64,000 nt of DNA from Phoronis australis (taxonomy: Eukaryota; Animalia; Phoronida), in the NCBI GenBank assembly GCA_002633005.1, contig NMRA01000063.1, positions 1,144,457 through 1,208,456 of the forward strand, in the 5' to 3' direction. The position numbers were made by a program, and so were the translations under genes. Shown here in pieces: positions 36,901 to 51,900 of the stretch. The notes beneath the pieces are model-generated. The model was given only the letters and a program-made list of their open reading frames with translations, had not been told where the DNA came from and made no database searches. The stretch's first letter is position 1; each line of letters opens with the position of its first letter.

Positions 36901-39900
36901 CGCAATCACAGATTCAGTTGGTACGCCTACAAGCCATTTCACCATGTATTTAAAGGGCTCGCGAAATCGAGGCTGTTAATCTATCACCACTAGTACATGC
37001 GCGCCCTCTAGTTAACGTAAATTTTCCGAATAGCCCCATTACACTTGATAACAGAATGGAGTTCATCCATTGCTTGAGTGGAAAGAACTGCAACCACAAA
37101 CACTGACTTACTCCAGTTTGAACTTTTGCATGCAAAGCCAGTTTGACCTAATAGCACTGTACAGGTTTTTAAAGCAACGTCAAAACATCAAATTGCTCTC
37201 AGGACTAACAAAGATGGTCATCAACCTATTGGGTAGCTGTTGAATGGTGACATTTGACAAAAGCTTGCACAAAACTACCTCCATTTCATCCACCTCCAAA
37301 TCCTCCACATTTCCACTGTACACTCGGTAGATAGGAGAGATGAATGCAGATGATCTACAAACAAACAAAACTTTCACTCACTGTATTCTAGACAATACCT
37401 CTCTACAGTGCAACATGATTTGGAAATGTTCCTACCAACAATTATTTGACCTCATAAACAGCAAGAACAAGCCAAGGTCCATCTCATTTCGCTACCAAGT
37501 GAGCACAATGACCTCTCCTAACAACAAATTGGAATTTGATACTCTGTTGACTAAATCATAACACTTCACTCACTTGATGAGCAGATAGGGGTCAAAGGGA
37601 AAGAACTCATCGAGTACGTTGAGACTAGTAAGCCCAGACGAACCATCGGGGTCTACCACAGGTAGTGTACACCGGTTGTTTCGCTCAATAATGGTATCAC
37701 AAAAAGCTAACTGATGTTGCCTGAAACAGATCAGAAAGTTAGAACATCAATAGCAATTATGACTTAAAGGGACATTGTCAGTTTTATGGAATTAGAGGGA
37801 GAGGGGGAGGGAGGGAGGGAGCGAGGGAAGGAGAAGAAGGGAGACTTTATACAGTTATTAGCTTTGATCATAACTATAAAGCAACAGAATCCATAGTTTT
37901 AGTGATTTTATTACAAGTCACCAATTTTCACCACTGTAAGCCATTTAGAGCAAGGGGCTTTACCAGTTAAGGATGCTTAAAATACTCTGTCAATTATTGA
38001 CTGGGATTTAGCTCTGCCCACAGAGGAAACGGCTGTGACTACGAGAGTGGCACGTTCAAATCCATGATGAGGCTAACTAAAGAAAATCACTTTTCTTGGA
38101 AATAATGTTACTTAAGGCATGCGTCCTTCTTAACTTGACACAAATTTTAGTGGAAGATGATGGAAAGGATTATTTTAGAAAACTAAGCACCGTGAAGCAT
38201 TAAACAAATGCTGCAAGTTCATAACAATGTAAAACCACAATACGTTTTATGATACACCATGAAAGTTCACTAAACTTTGCCACACATGAATAAATATTAT
38301 GCAGTTCATTTTAATACATTTCTCCTAGACTAAGCAAAGCGGTAAAATCTCACCAATTTCAGACAAGAATAATTTAATTACCAAAATTGCCCATTTTCAT
38401 TTTTCAAAGGTTTTTAACATTGTAACGTAAGCTCACATTTTTTCAAAGCCTTCTCTCGTGGTTACTATGGTAACAAAACTTGAACGTGGAAAACACATTA
38501 ATCTGGAGTGACACATCTTTCAGGGGAAAAATGATATAAAATAAAACTTCACTTGTTAACATATTATGTTTTTAACTGGTGAAATTTTACTGGATGCTTC
38601 TAATTATTATCTTCCATGAAATACCTTGTGATGGAGGCAAATGTTTTGACAACAATTGGTAAACACATCTTGAGAGGATTTAAACGACACGTGACAATCG
38701 ACTGGAAATTAAGACTTTGCACAAATTTGAAACCTGTAAAGGCAAAGAAATAAAAACATTTTGTCACAAGAATAATCAATATCAGTTAAGTACCAATTTG
38801 CAACTTCTAGTTACAAAAAGAGCTTGCCCATAGATTGTTGAGGTAAAATAAAACTACCTGCGATGATCATCAACATTTGTTTTATTTGAAAACACACACA
38901 ACTTGTTCAAAAATGTCATGGATACTTTGACATTTTTTGCCAACATAATTAGAAGCCTTTAAAGTAGACAGCTTTAAACAGAAGAATTCATTCAACGCAT
39001 CTTAAATCAAATTGTTATAGCTTTTAGCACCTCTGCAACACAGTACATGGCACCTCTGCAACACAGTACATGGCAAAATGCATTACACATTAAATGAAAC
39101 TAATTAGTCAGGATTTGAATATACCTTTCTTGGTTTCAAGTAATTCTTTGTGCCTGAATATAAAGACATAGAAGATGGCCTGACATACAGAGTAGAATGT
39201 GCCATGATGTAGTATGTTGGCTTGACTTGTCGTTTCATTGACTTGAAGAATGTAGCGATGAACCCACTCACACATCAGATCAACAGATGCTGTGACGGTG
39301 CTGAAAAAGAAACACCTTTTAATTAGACCACGTTCTCCTTTAAAATACGGTCACATATTGTTTGTCTCTTAGCTTCATAGTAATTCATGAGCTTGGGAAG
39401 AACTGACAGATGATCATTCATTACTGATAGCTGACCATTCAGACATGTCATTTTATACACTGAAAGCAAATAGATGGAAACAGGATGGTTCTGTAACAAA
39501 ACACGAGATAAGTTGGCACATTGAGATTATCAGGAGAAGGCTACCTTTTTCATGTCATTTTTAGTACAAATATGGTTCATTGATTATCCCAGACATTTGT
39601 TTCGGTTAATAATTATAGCTTTCCGTAATTCTATTAATTAGTTGTGTCATGTTTAGGGGGTTAAGAATTTCCTGCCATTTCGTTTTCATATAGTCTGACG
39701 GTGTGAACTGTTGAGTCAGTCATTGTTTTACCTTGGTTTTGATAAGTTCAGTTCTCATTTCCGTTTGTTTACAAGTCAGTGAGCATGCCGCACGGTTGCT
39801 GTGTACTCATTATCGTCTCACGCACTTTGGGTATGCCATTATGCAGCTTTCCGTAATCAACATTTTTTTTGAGCTGGGAAGAGTTAAAGACATCAATGGC

Positions 39901-42900
39901 CTCCTAAGGTGCTCCTCTATGCTCAAAATATATTTACTACAACATTGATGGTCTAGTCAGTGTGAGGCATAATTTTACGAAAAGCTTGTTGAGGATCCCC
40001 ATGAAAAGCAGTGAGCACTGATGGGGACCCTCATTGTAAATATTACAATTAATAAAAAATAAGTCGAATGGAGGCCGTAAGGGACGAGTACCGTCTCTTG
40101 CAACTGTGCTGGCCCAGTGCAGACGTTAATACTGTCTAATAAATCTAACGCTGTCTAGTGAATGAATTATTTGAACTGACAATTTGTACGTAATTTACAA
40201 AAAAATTAAATGAAACAAAAATTTAGACAAAAAAAACAATAGATGTTCAACTTATCAATGACAATATTAAGTTTACAAGATACCTATCAGCAAAGTTTTG
40301 TGTTAAAAGAGGGTCAATAAGTACTCCAGAGAATCCAGTATCTCAACTTACCTCAACTGAACAAATGTTCCCCTCGCTATCAAGCTTGATAAATAAGACA
40401 CTGCAGCCTGTCTGAAGATTGTTTGGGTGTTAATTTCCTGAACCTTTTTCCACAGATAATCAATAAAACCTTCCACAAGTGGCTGGAAATCAAAACATCA
40501 CCAAGATTAACTAAATGAGCTACAAGCGCTTTGATATAGTATGAGATTTATAATTGTTGCTCATATCAAAAGCTAACTGTAGTTTACTGATACATGGCAA
40601 TGAGACCAAGGTTTCAAACAATGAAGAATAGAGGTTACAAACATTTTTAAGTCTGGTCTGCACGCCACCTGTCGACCATAGCAGGTGACCTAATGAATAG
40701 AGGTTACATGACAGGAACAAAACAAAATAGAGATTACAGGACAAGAACAAAACAAAATAGAGACTAAAGGATAGGAACAAATCAAAACAGAGAGTATAGG
40801 ACAGGAACAAAACAATAGAGATTACAGGACAGGAACAAAACAGAATAGACATTACAGGACAGGAACAAACAGAATAGAGATTACAGGACAGGAATAAACC
40901 AATAGAGATTACAGAACAGGAACAAAACAGAATAGAGATTACAGGACAGGAACCAATGAATAGAGATTACAGGACAGGAATAAAACAGAATAGAGATTAG
41001 GGACAGGAACAAAACAGAATAGAGATTACAGGACAGGAACAAAACAGAATAGATTACAGGACAGGAACAAAACAATAGAGGTTACAGGACAGGAACCAAT
41101 GAATAGAGATTACAGGACAGGAATAAAACAGAATAGAGATTACAGGACAAGAACAAAACAGAATAGATTACAGGACAGGAACAAAACAATAGAGGTTACA
41201 GGACAGGAACAAAACAGAATAGAGGTTGCAGTACAGGAACAAACAAAATAGAGATTACAGGACAGGAACAAAACAGAATAGAGGTTACAGGACAGGAACA
41301 AAACAATAGCGGTTACAGGACAGGAACAAAACAAAAAAGAGGTTACAGGACAGGAAAAAACAGAATAGAGGTTACAGGACAGGAACAAATCAGAATAGTG
41401 GTTACACAACAGGAACAAAACAAAATTGTGTTTCAATTTAGCTGAGTCAGTAATTATCAAAGCAGTGGAATCTTTAGTTTTAGTTTTAAATATTCATGAG
41501 ATTTTATCTGGTCGAAAATTGTCAAAACTTCTGTGTATTTCAAATAATTAAATTTTCTTTTTAACTAAACTAAGCTTCTTTTCTGGTTTTTCACCAAGTT
41601 CAAAGAAATTTCTTTGAAGATTTGTGTGACAAAGACATGACATTCTCACCCTTGGAAACAGAACAGTGTGACATGACACAATTTAAACTAAGACCGTAGT
41701 ACAGAATATTGACTTGAAACACTTCCTTATTCCAGTTATGGCCTCACCTGTTTAAAACTGCAAACATAAAATATGAAGAATTGCACGTGACTTGAAGCAT
41801 AGGTAGGTAGAAGGATATTTTCAAACACTTGTAGCAGTTCCCTGTACAACTGTTTGGTAGCTTCCCAGTCCAGCACATCTGAAGCAAATTTTATTGTAGA
41901 AAAAAATCAATCTATTCGTAATCTGTGAAAAAAACACATTTTACATGAACAAATTAACACAAATTAGGACACTACAGAAACAGTTGCCATGGTCAATTCC
42001 ATGTTATACTTGGGCTGAATCCTAACGCAACATTGCTGAGCTACATATAACCTGATATATCCATGCAATTGGGCAATATTTCCTTAATTATATAACTACT
42101 GATGCTTCATTCCTGCGATTTCTTCGTTTGTCAGACTGACATACATTGATGTACAACATGTTGTGTTCAGTAATATGAGGCCTCAGCAGTCAGTAAGTGG
42201 TCAGACAATGAAAGTAACATCTGGAAGTGCAGGCAATGAAAGTAACATCTGGAAGTGCAGGCAGCTTGGATAAAAAGCGATATTACATGGCCACGAAAGG
42301 AAGTCGTTGTTCTGTGTTTAGCCACTCAGAGAACAGTGGCCAAATAAAGGAAGTCATCGTTGAATGTATAGCCACTCAGAGAACAGTGTGTAGCCACTCA
42401 GAGAACAGTGGTCAAATAAAGCATCTTAAATTTAATCATTGCTGTACAACAAAAGAGAAATACGCTTGAAACTTAATGTAGTTGGCTACAGTGCCACTTT
42501 AACATATCACAAGTCTGATACAATGTTGTATTGTCACATCCAAAGGGCCATATGGACTGATGTAGAGCAATACGTCACATTCAAAGGGTCATATGGACTG
42601 AGGTAGAGCAATATGTCACATCCAAAGGGCCATATGGACTGAGGTAGAGCAATATGTCACATTCAAAGGGTCATATGGACTGAGGTACAGCAATATGTCA
42701 CATTCAAAGGGCCATATGGACTGAGGTAGAGCAATATGTCACATCCAAAGGGTCATGTGGACTGAGGTAGAGCAATATGTCACATTCAAAGGGCCATATG
42801 GACTGAGGTAGAGCAATATGTCATATTCAAAGGGTCATATGGACTGATGTAGAGCAATATGTCACATCCAAAGGGCCATATGGACTGATGTAGAGCAATA

Positions 42901-45900
42901 TGTCACATTCAAAGGGTCATATGGACTAAGGTAGAGCAAAATGTTACATCCAAAGGGTCATGTGGACTGAGGTACAGCAATATGTCATATTCAAAGGGTC
43001 ATATGGACTGAGGTAGAGCAATATGTCATATTCAAAGGGTCATATGGACTGAGGTAGAGCAATATGTCACATCCAAAGGGTCATATGGACTGAGGTAGAG
43101 CAACGTCACATCCAAAGGGTCATATGGACTGAGGTACAGCAATATGTCAAATTCAAAGAGTCATATGGACCGAGGTAGAGCAACAGAAGGATCAGTGGTT
43201 CAGTAATAATAAAATATACATAACATTTACAAGTTAGACATTTTTGCGCAAAACTTTATGGCAGAAGCTTTCCATTTGGAACTTGGAACCAATCACACTA
43301 AGTCACACACTAACTACAAAATAGGCACAGTTAACTGAACACGCAGTACTCTACCTTGTTTAAAACAGGATTGTTTGATGTACTGATAAAACAGGTCGAG
43401 TAAAATGTCCAACTTGTGCGCTTCCTTGTGAGCCAATCTTTCCTGAGATTCTTCGAACTTTTTGTCAGACTTTTCAGCGCTGGACAGATCTTCTGTATCC
43501 TGAAAAATAAACAGACCAGTAGTTTAAACTTGCAATATACACAGTCACAGACAAACCCATGACAGAAACAAGAGAGATTTCTGATAAAGTGATAACCAAA
43601 CATTCAGAGACTTAATGGGAATTTCTGGCACCAAATCCATGGTGTATTTTGGGAAAGCAACATTCTTTTCTTTCTAGTGCCCTAAATTAAAGCTTGGGCC
43701 TATAAAAGGAAATTGAAGTAGCAAAATGGGAGTGACAACTGCTACGTGGAATATAGAGAATTTATGGTACCTGTGGTGTGTTTAGTTAACTGTTACCAGT
43801 GGTATGGTTAGTTAAGGTTATTTATGGTACGAGTGGTACAGTTAGTTAAGATTATTTATGGTACCAGTGGCATAGTGAGTTGTGGTTATTTATGGTATCA
43901 GTGGTATGATTAGTTGTGTCAACAATGCAAAAACATGATGCTATGTGTTTTTGCCTTGTTAACAATGTACATGTGTTCATGACCAAGTCTTCGAGCTAGT
44001 GAATCCATATTTTCTAGACTACCTCAAAAAAGTAATCAGACAAAACACCATTTCCTGTCAACAGCAAAAAGACTGGTAAGAATGATTAGGTCGACAAACT
44101 TCTAATTACATAATGGCTTAGCCACCATACTAACTTTTATGTTAATTCCCCTTCATTCTCAGTCATCAGGGGATACTCACACTGAGAGAAGGTTTCCTGA
44201 TGATGAATTCACCTTCCACCAAGCCACCATGATGGTGAAGTTCAGCCATCTTGTTTGAGTACTTTCAGTGTGTACATGACAGCAGGGACTCATCTAGGAT
44301 TTGAAAATTGGGGGTCCAAATTCGTGAGACTGACGAGTCGTGCAAAGCGCAAATCTGAGGCGCGCAGCACTGATGGGGGGCAGGTGTGGGGGGAAGGTGG
44401 GGTGGGAGGTGGGGGGAGGTGTAGGGGTGGGGGGATTCCCCCACCCGCCGAGGAAAAAATTGTTATATAAATAAGGTCATTTCTTTGCATCTTATTTGCA
44501 TGTCTTTTTCTTGTTCAAAGGACGGCACATAGGGAAACTAAACAAAAATTAGTAGGTTTGTTCCATTCAGGATGTGTGTATTGTCATTAGACTGCAAAAA
44601 TCAAGATCTGTAAATCTCTTTAGTATGATAATCTGCGTAGAGTTGCATGTCACTTAGACAGATAGTCCACAGCATGTATTGAGTAAAGGACTCAATGTAT
44701 CTTGAAGCTCTCAAAAGAGAAGTGTATTACTTTAATGCAGTTGAGAAACCATTTAAAATTATGAGAAGACAATGAAGTTGCATTCGAAAGGACATGAAGA
44801 AATATATCCTAGAGTACATGTCTACGTTTCATTACATTGCACAGTACTGCAATTCACAAGTCTACAAAAACAAGACCATATCCTCCACAAATTCACAACT
44901 CAGTACCACCAGTGCTCAACACGGCGAAAATTTCCACTGGAAAATAGGAGTGAGGGCGTATGTGCACTCGCGCGTGTATACCCACACTTGGCTTCGTAAA
45001 GGATCGTGACCAAAAAAAACGTCGAAACTCTGTGTTTGAATTTGGCATTCATATCTTTACGTTTCTAAACGTTTTCCCGAGCGCTTTACTCGTAAATTTC
45101 ACGTCGTTTGGCTACAAGCGTCGCCAGTGGTCGCCGGGGACATCGTAGTTGTTAACTTGACGTCTTTTGCAGTGCATTATAAGTGGACGCTTTGTTGAAT
45201 TGAAACTTACCAGGTTGAAAGTCAATCACAGTCTTTCATAGTACGCTACAAGAAATTTATTCTTAAAAAGAACCATTCTTTTCTCGCAGTTTAAGAGTCA
45301 AATCCCCCTGCCTGGTTCGCGGCCGAAGTAACAGGTGCTGTGCACGTGACTGGCTGACCTACTTTTTCCATATACGGCACGCAATGCCACACACAGAGGA
45401 TAAAGTCGAATCACCCAATAATCATGGAATTCCACAAAAAGTTGAACTATTTCGAGGCATTTACTTTCATGCTAAGTTAGTCTTTGAATACGTAACCAAC
45501 ATTACACACCACATTTTTTCTCGTAAAGTTTGCACTGCATTCTCGCGCATCAATACAAGTCGTTTGGCCGTGCGGATTTTTTGATATTTTTTCATTCATT
45601 CGTTAGAGTTGCAACGGAACTATGCGAACATACTAAGGAAGTTTGCGCTAAGTTTTATCTGGTTTGCATGTTCAACGACATTGATGGCATTTGTATGACA
45701 GGTCAATGCTAGAATTTCGGCGGGTATCATTTTTTTCGAAGTGTACATTCTCAGCTATTTCAAATTGGCTGCTCTGTCGAATACATCGACTGCCGCTTCA
45801 ACTTCCGCGTCGACAACTAGCATTAGGGGTACGGCAAATCCTTCGAACTTCGGGTGTGGGTTCTTCAATTTCAAAGATTAAGTGTCCATGTACGGGTAGT

Positions 45901-48900
45901 TAGCGCTGGATGCAATATTTCTCGACACCGGTCATGCGGGGGATTCCGTATGAACTCACCTTGACGTCACAGAACAGGAAGGTATTCCCCAAAGATGGCT
46001 GCCAGTATTTGCCGACCATCATTGTGACATTTATAGTAAAAATAGACAGCAAAAGTTCCTATTGTCGAGTTATTTCTTAATATTTAGCAAACTTTAACAA
46101 TGAATTGTAGGTTTCATAAAATTTATTAATGATAAATAATAAAATTCTTCGTTTAGCCTTCATTTTCGCCGAGGTTGTCTTGGAACAGGTCGTCTTTTTG
46201 CCATCTTGGCCGTGCCGTCCAAAGCCGTCATTTTTTCAAAAGGGCTGTCCCAAGGACGGCCGCTAGATGAGTCCCTGCATGACCAGGTGTAAATTTAACC
46301 AAATACGTGGAAGTAAATATAACATTCTGCCAATTCCAAATGAAGTAATGTAATTGCTACCTGCCTCTCACATCCTTCCATAAAAACCATAGTACGGCTG
46401 CTGTACTTTTTTAGTTAATGGACACTGTAGTGTTCAGTAGTTTGAATGAAATGTCTATTATTTGCTTGTTATGAAATTTACTTTTAGTTAGCATATAGCC
46501 TTGCATTATGAAGGAAAATGCCCGAGTAGGAAATCATTGTTCTATATCGTCAGCGAACATTTGGATAGCTCAGCTCATTACAACATGTATACCATTTGAA
46601 AGATCACATGGTCTTCATCATCTTCTTCGTCTTCACCATTTTCACTCTCATTCTCTTCTGCTTCAGCTATCTCCTTCCGTGAGCACCTCACCTTCAACAA
46701 CACGAAGGCACATGGTAAAATAGCGACATAGTAACAACTGTGAGTAAAATAGCAACATATTAACACCTGAGTAAAATAGTGACATAGTAACAACTGTGAG
46801 TAAAATAGCAACATATTAACACCTGAGTAAAATAGCGACATAGTAACAACTGTGAGTAAAATAGCAACATATTAACACCTGAGTAAAATAGCGACATAGT
46901 AACAACTGTGAGTAAAATAGCAACATATTAACACCTGAGTAAAATAGCGACATAGTAACAACTGTGAGTAAAATAAAAATCATTAGCACTCTGAGACATT
47001 GTAGTCAACGGCTTGAACATTTCGAAATGAAGTCCAAACTCTTATGGCAGCCAAAGATTGCCTGCTGTTTCCCACAGTAGTGTGGCCAGACATACAACAG
47101 TGTCATAGAACAGGGGATCTCAAGTTCCTGATATCGGTTTATGGTGAGTTTCCTACATCAAATGAAGCCAGCCTCCTCTTCTTTTGACATGTTTACATGG
47201 ATATAACGCACAATGTGGCCAGAAATGCCCAGTCTTTCGTTCTACTCAACTTCATCACACACTATGAAACATTTGCTTCACCAACAACCTCTCTTTGCAG
47301 TCATTGCAATCAATCATAAAACAAGACCAACACGGAGCATTGAAATTCCCCCATGACTGCAACACAAACGGTGTGCTTCTAACGGTGTTTTAATATCATA
47401 AAAATGGCCATTAAATGACGCAGAATATGCCAAACTCATCCCAAATTGGGAATGCATCTTTATCTCTTTAGCACAAAACTGGTTGTCAAAATTTAAGAAA
47501 ACCCACCAAACTTGCTACTAGGGGGCATAGTGGCAGTCAGAGCCGTTAAAAAAGTAATGGGCAGCCACTGTCACATCTATTGGAAAACACTTGCAAAAGT
47601 TCACAAACATCTGCAAAGGAATCAGTAGCTGCAGCCGTGGTTGTAAAAAATACAAAATCACCAAAAAGTTTTCTCCACAGGAACATGACTGCTACAACTC
47701 ACATTGATCCTTTGAGCATTTTGGCAGGAAAGGTGGCACACCTGTAGTCGGATTTGATCGTCACCTGTTATCATATCCATAGGAACAAATCTGCCTCATT
47801 TCCCAAAGATCCCAAAGGAGTTAAGGAGATACAGCCGGGATGCAAAAAACCAAAAAGTTGTCACTAGTTGAACCTATCTGAAAAGCAGTGACAGCTGTGG
47901 TCTTCTCATCAGGAAAACATTCGCCAATTTTCATCATGATCTTTTGAACGCTTGGGCAGAAAGGAAGGCGGACGTGAAAAATGCACTCAAACATTTTTAC
48001 AATTGACAATAGGTGGTGGAGAATACGTCAAATACGTTTTAAAACGGGAAGGCGTCATTTTCTTATTGTAGACACCTATATGCTAAATTTCATGAAAATC
48101 CACCAAGGAACTCGGAAAAAACAGGGGCAAACATAAAAAATAGAATTGCCACTAGGGGACACACCTGCAGTTGGATTGGTCTGAAACTCGTAGTCGTACA
48201 TTATCATCTCCATAGGAATATATCTGCCAAATTTCAAAAAGATACTCCAAAGAGTTACAAGAGATACAGTCAAATGGATGCAAAAATGAAATTTGCTACT
48301 AGGGGTCAACAATTGTCACCAGGTGGCGCAGAATACGTCAAATCCATGCAATAATGGGAAGGCGTCATCTTCTCTTTAATAGAAACATAATTATTTGCTA
48401 AATTTCACACAAATTCATCTTGGAACTTCAAAGATACAGATTGAAGTAAACATAAAAACTAAAACCAACTCTAGGGGGCAGAGCAGTAGTCGAATCGGTC
48501 CGTAACTTGTGGTCGTTGATTGTCAGCTTCATAGAAACACATCAGACAAATCTCAATTTGGATCCTGCAAGAGGATTAGGAGACACAGCCACGGATGCTG
48601 GATGCTCAGACAGAGATGACAGCAATATGTACACACATATAAATATGTAGATGACAGCAATACGTACACACATATAAATATGTAGAACCATGATTAATGA
48701 AACAAATATTTTCTCATGAATGTTAATAGAGAAATGGAAAGTGTTACATTTATTACCAGATGTAAAGGAAAAAATCATATGTATTAATAAGCAAACACAA
48801 ATTCCATTTTTATCAATACAACAGTATTGTCCATTTGAGTTAATCACCTTATGAGGAATAAATGCAGTGTGGAAAAGAGGACATGGAGCAGTGTGGCAGT

Positions 48901-51900
48901 TCCTTTAATTTATAATTTTCAAAGGATTGAAAGTGACATAAAATGCTAATCAATGTCACTACACAAACAATCCAGCTTGTAGTGAACACTATACTTGTAG
49001 TAAACACTACACTTGTAGTAAACACTACACACTTATAATAATTAATTGAAGACATCACATTCAACTCACAATAAAAAGTCACTTACATCAATTTTTGTTA
49101 ATCTTTCAACAATCAGTTCCAGAATATGTCGCCTGATTTTTGGCAGATAGTGTGTGACAGTGAGTACATTTTTGACATAACATTCCAGCAAGTAGACATC
49201 CCTGCCATGGAATGGGAACAGGTCTGTCAAGAGAGGCAGTAGAACTGATGGGGTCCTATAACGATAAAAGATCATGTGAGAAATTACATCTATTTACATA
49301 ATTTCAAGAAAAAAATGAGTTATCAGCTCAATTGTCAGCACATGAAACTTCCCTATTCTTATTTCAGTGTGTAACTCAAGACTGCAGATCGGAAGAACAG
49401 ATCTTTCCAATGACAAGGACAAATCCAAAGAATGGGGACGGATGAGAAATGGACTAGATTTAATTTCAGATGGGAAAGACAAAAATGTGAAGGGCAGACG
49501 AGAAATGAGTCAGGGATGTGATGAGAAGCACAGGTTTGTACAAATGGTGTTGTCTGACTATTACTGTGTCATCAATACTTATGAATATCAAATGGTGTTG
49601 TCTGACTATTACTGTGTCATCAATACTTATGAATATCAAATTGTGAAGTGACCATTATTAACAATACTTCTTAAGTAGCCATTATTAACAATACCACAGC
49701 AATTGTGTTGAAAGAACGGTGCAAAATATATATTCCAGGGCTGAATTTTTCATTTACATGGAATCTATTTTTTGTGCAGGCATACATCATTAATACTGCG
49801 ACGTTAAAGTGCACATAACCTTTAGTAATTGACAGGATATAACAACTTACCTGGTTTCGTAAAGCACAAAATTAATAACAAAAAACTTTTTTATTAAATA
49901 ATTGGAGCATAGTGAGAAAATGTACAAAACGTTCTTTAAACCACAATATTAATATTTTTCAATTCATACTCTAACTGGAGCACAAAGAACACACCACCTG
50001 TGGATTTCCATACTTAGCCGAAAAAACGACAAAATCATGGTAATATCAATAGCAATGAGCCCAGAAAATCTACACGAGCTATTACAAATCTCAGCTGGAT
50101 GCCTGTTGCGCAGTAACAGGTTAGCACCATGATGTCAACGTAATTGGGACAAAAATCCATCTTTTTTCTTAAAAAGTAATAAAAGGTCTAACGTCAACTA
50201 TTTTGCACACACAGCAACTTTCAACTCAAGAGCAACCTAGACACATTTTGGAATCACAACTTAGGAACATATAATTAGTGTTCAGTAACTTTACAATTTA
50301 TACCTACATGGGCACTATGTTAGAAATTGCCTTTAACACTGCATGCACATTCATGAAGGCACATTCATCCTTAAGTCTGGTTTCACATTCAACGAGTTCC
50401 TCTTCAGGAGAAGCCACATCAACATCTGAAATACAGCAGTGGTAACCATGGCAACATGAATACAACAATTGAGCAGGTAGAAAACTACTAACAATACGTG
50501 CTTACAACATGACACGAAATATTGATTCCGTAATCAATCAAACAAGAGCAACGCTGGGGTGTTGACATGCATTCACAGCGCATCGCATATGTTTCTAAGG
50601 GCCACTAGGAGGTGTTGCAGTAGTCGAATCAGCTCAAAAATCAAATCATGCTGGTTTATTGTCATGATATACCTCTGAGTCCAGTGTCATTGAAATCCAT
50701 CTATCAGTTTTCTAGATATAATCCAGAAACATACACCCTAAAAAACACTTGAAAACCGCTTGTCGAGAACAAAACAGTGCCGGCACATGCTCATCATATA
50801 CCATAACGTAAAGTTTCATTGAATTCCATTAATCAGTTCTTTAGATATCACCTTGAAATTTTCTTCCCCCAACAATACTTCGCCCCTTGTCATGATGCTG
50901 CATTGGACAAAGGGTCTGGCACATTGACACCACATATTTCTGTGTCGTGTCACGTTCTGTTGACATCCGTCAATTGGTTTTAAGATACCATGATTCAGAA
51001 TTATTCTTCCCTCAAACAACACAAGAAAATCATATGGAAGAGTTGCAGTAGTTGAATTTGCCCACACATATAATGGTGAAGGCATACTGATATCCCATAC
51101 ATGTGTGTCAAGTTTCAATAAAATCCATCAATCAGTTCAACATCCGGAAATGCTCTTCCCCAAAAGAGCCACTAGGGGGTGCTACCTGTATCCATACGAA
51201 AATCACATGGTGCCAGGGAATTGACATTTTTCACCTCTGTCCCAAGTGTTATTGAAATCCGTCATTTGGTTCCTTGAGATGATCTGGAAACACTCTTCAC
51301 CCAAACAACACTTGAAAAACTCCTTGCTGAGAACAAAATAGCCACTAGGAGTTGCTCCAAAGGTCAAATCCATCCAAAGATCAAATGGTGCCAGCGCATT
51401 GATATCATATACTTCAGTGTCAAATTTCAGAAATCCCTCAGATCGGTTAACTATATATCATTTGGTAAGGCTCTCCCCCATAAATCGGCACAAGGCGCTC
51501 CAGTAGTCTAATCAGTTGAAAATCAAATGGTTCCAGCACCCTGACATCATAAACCTCAGTCAAGTTTCATTAAATCCATTAATCGGATCTCTAGATATCA
51601 TTTGAGAACACTCTACCCCAAAATGGCCACTAGGAGTTGCTACAGTGGTCAAATTGGCATGAAAATAAAATGGTCTCGACGAATTGACATCATATACCCC
51701 AATGCCAAGTTTCGTCAAAATTTGTTGATTGGTTTTCTAGATATAATCCAGAAATGCTCTTCCCCGAAACAACACATGAAAAGTTCCACGTCAAAAACAA
51801 AATGGTCACTAGGAGGTCCTACAGTGGTCAAAACCAGCCAAAATTCAATGATGTCGACGCATTGTCATCACATGCCTCTGTGTCAACTTTTATTGAAATC

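Noticed and set aside
42532-43183. Regular 41-bp repeats resembling a CRISPR array
   Set aside because: The units are contiguous with no unique spacers, there are no cas genes, and the context is a eukaryotic intron
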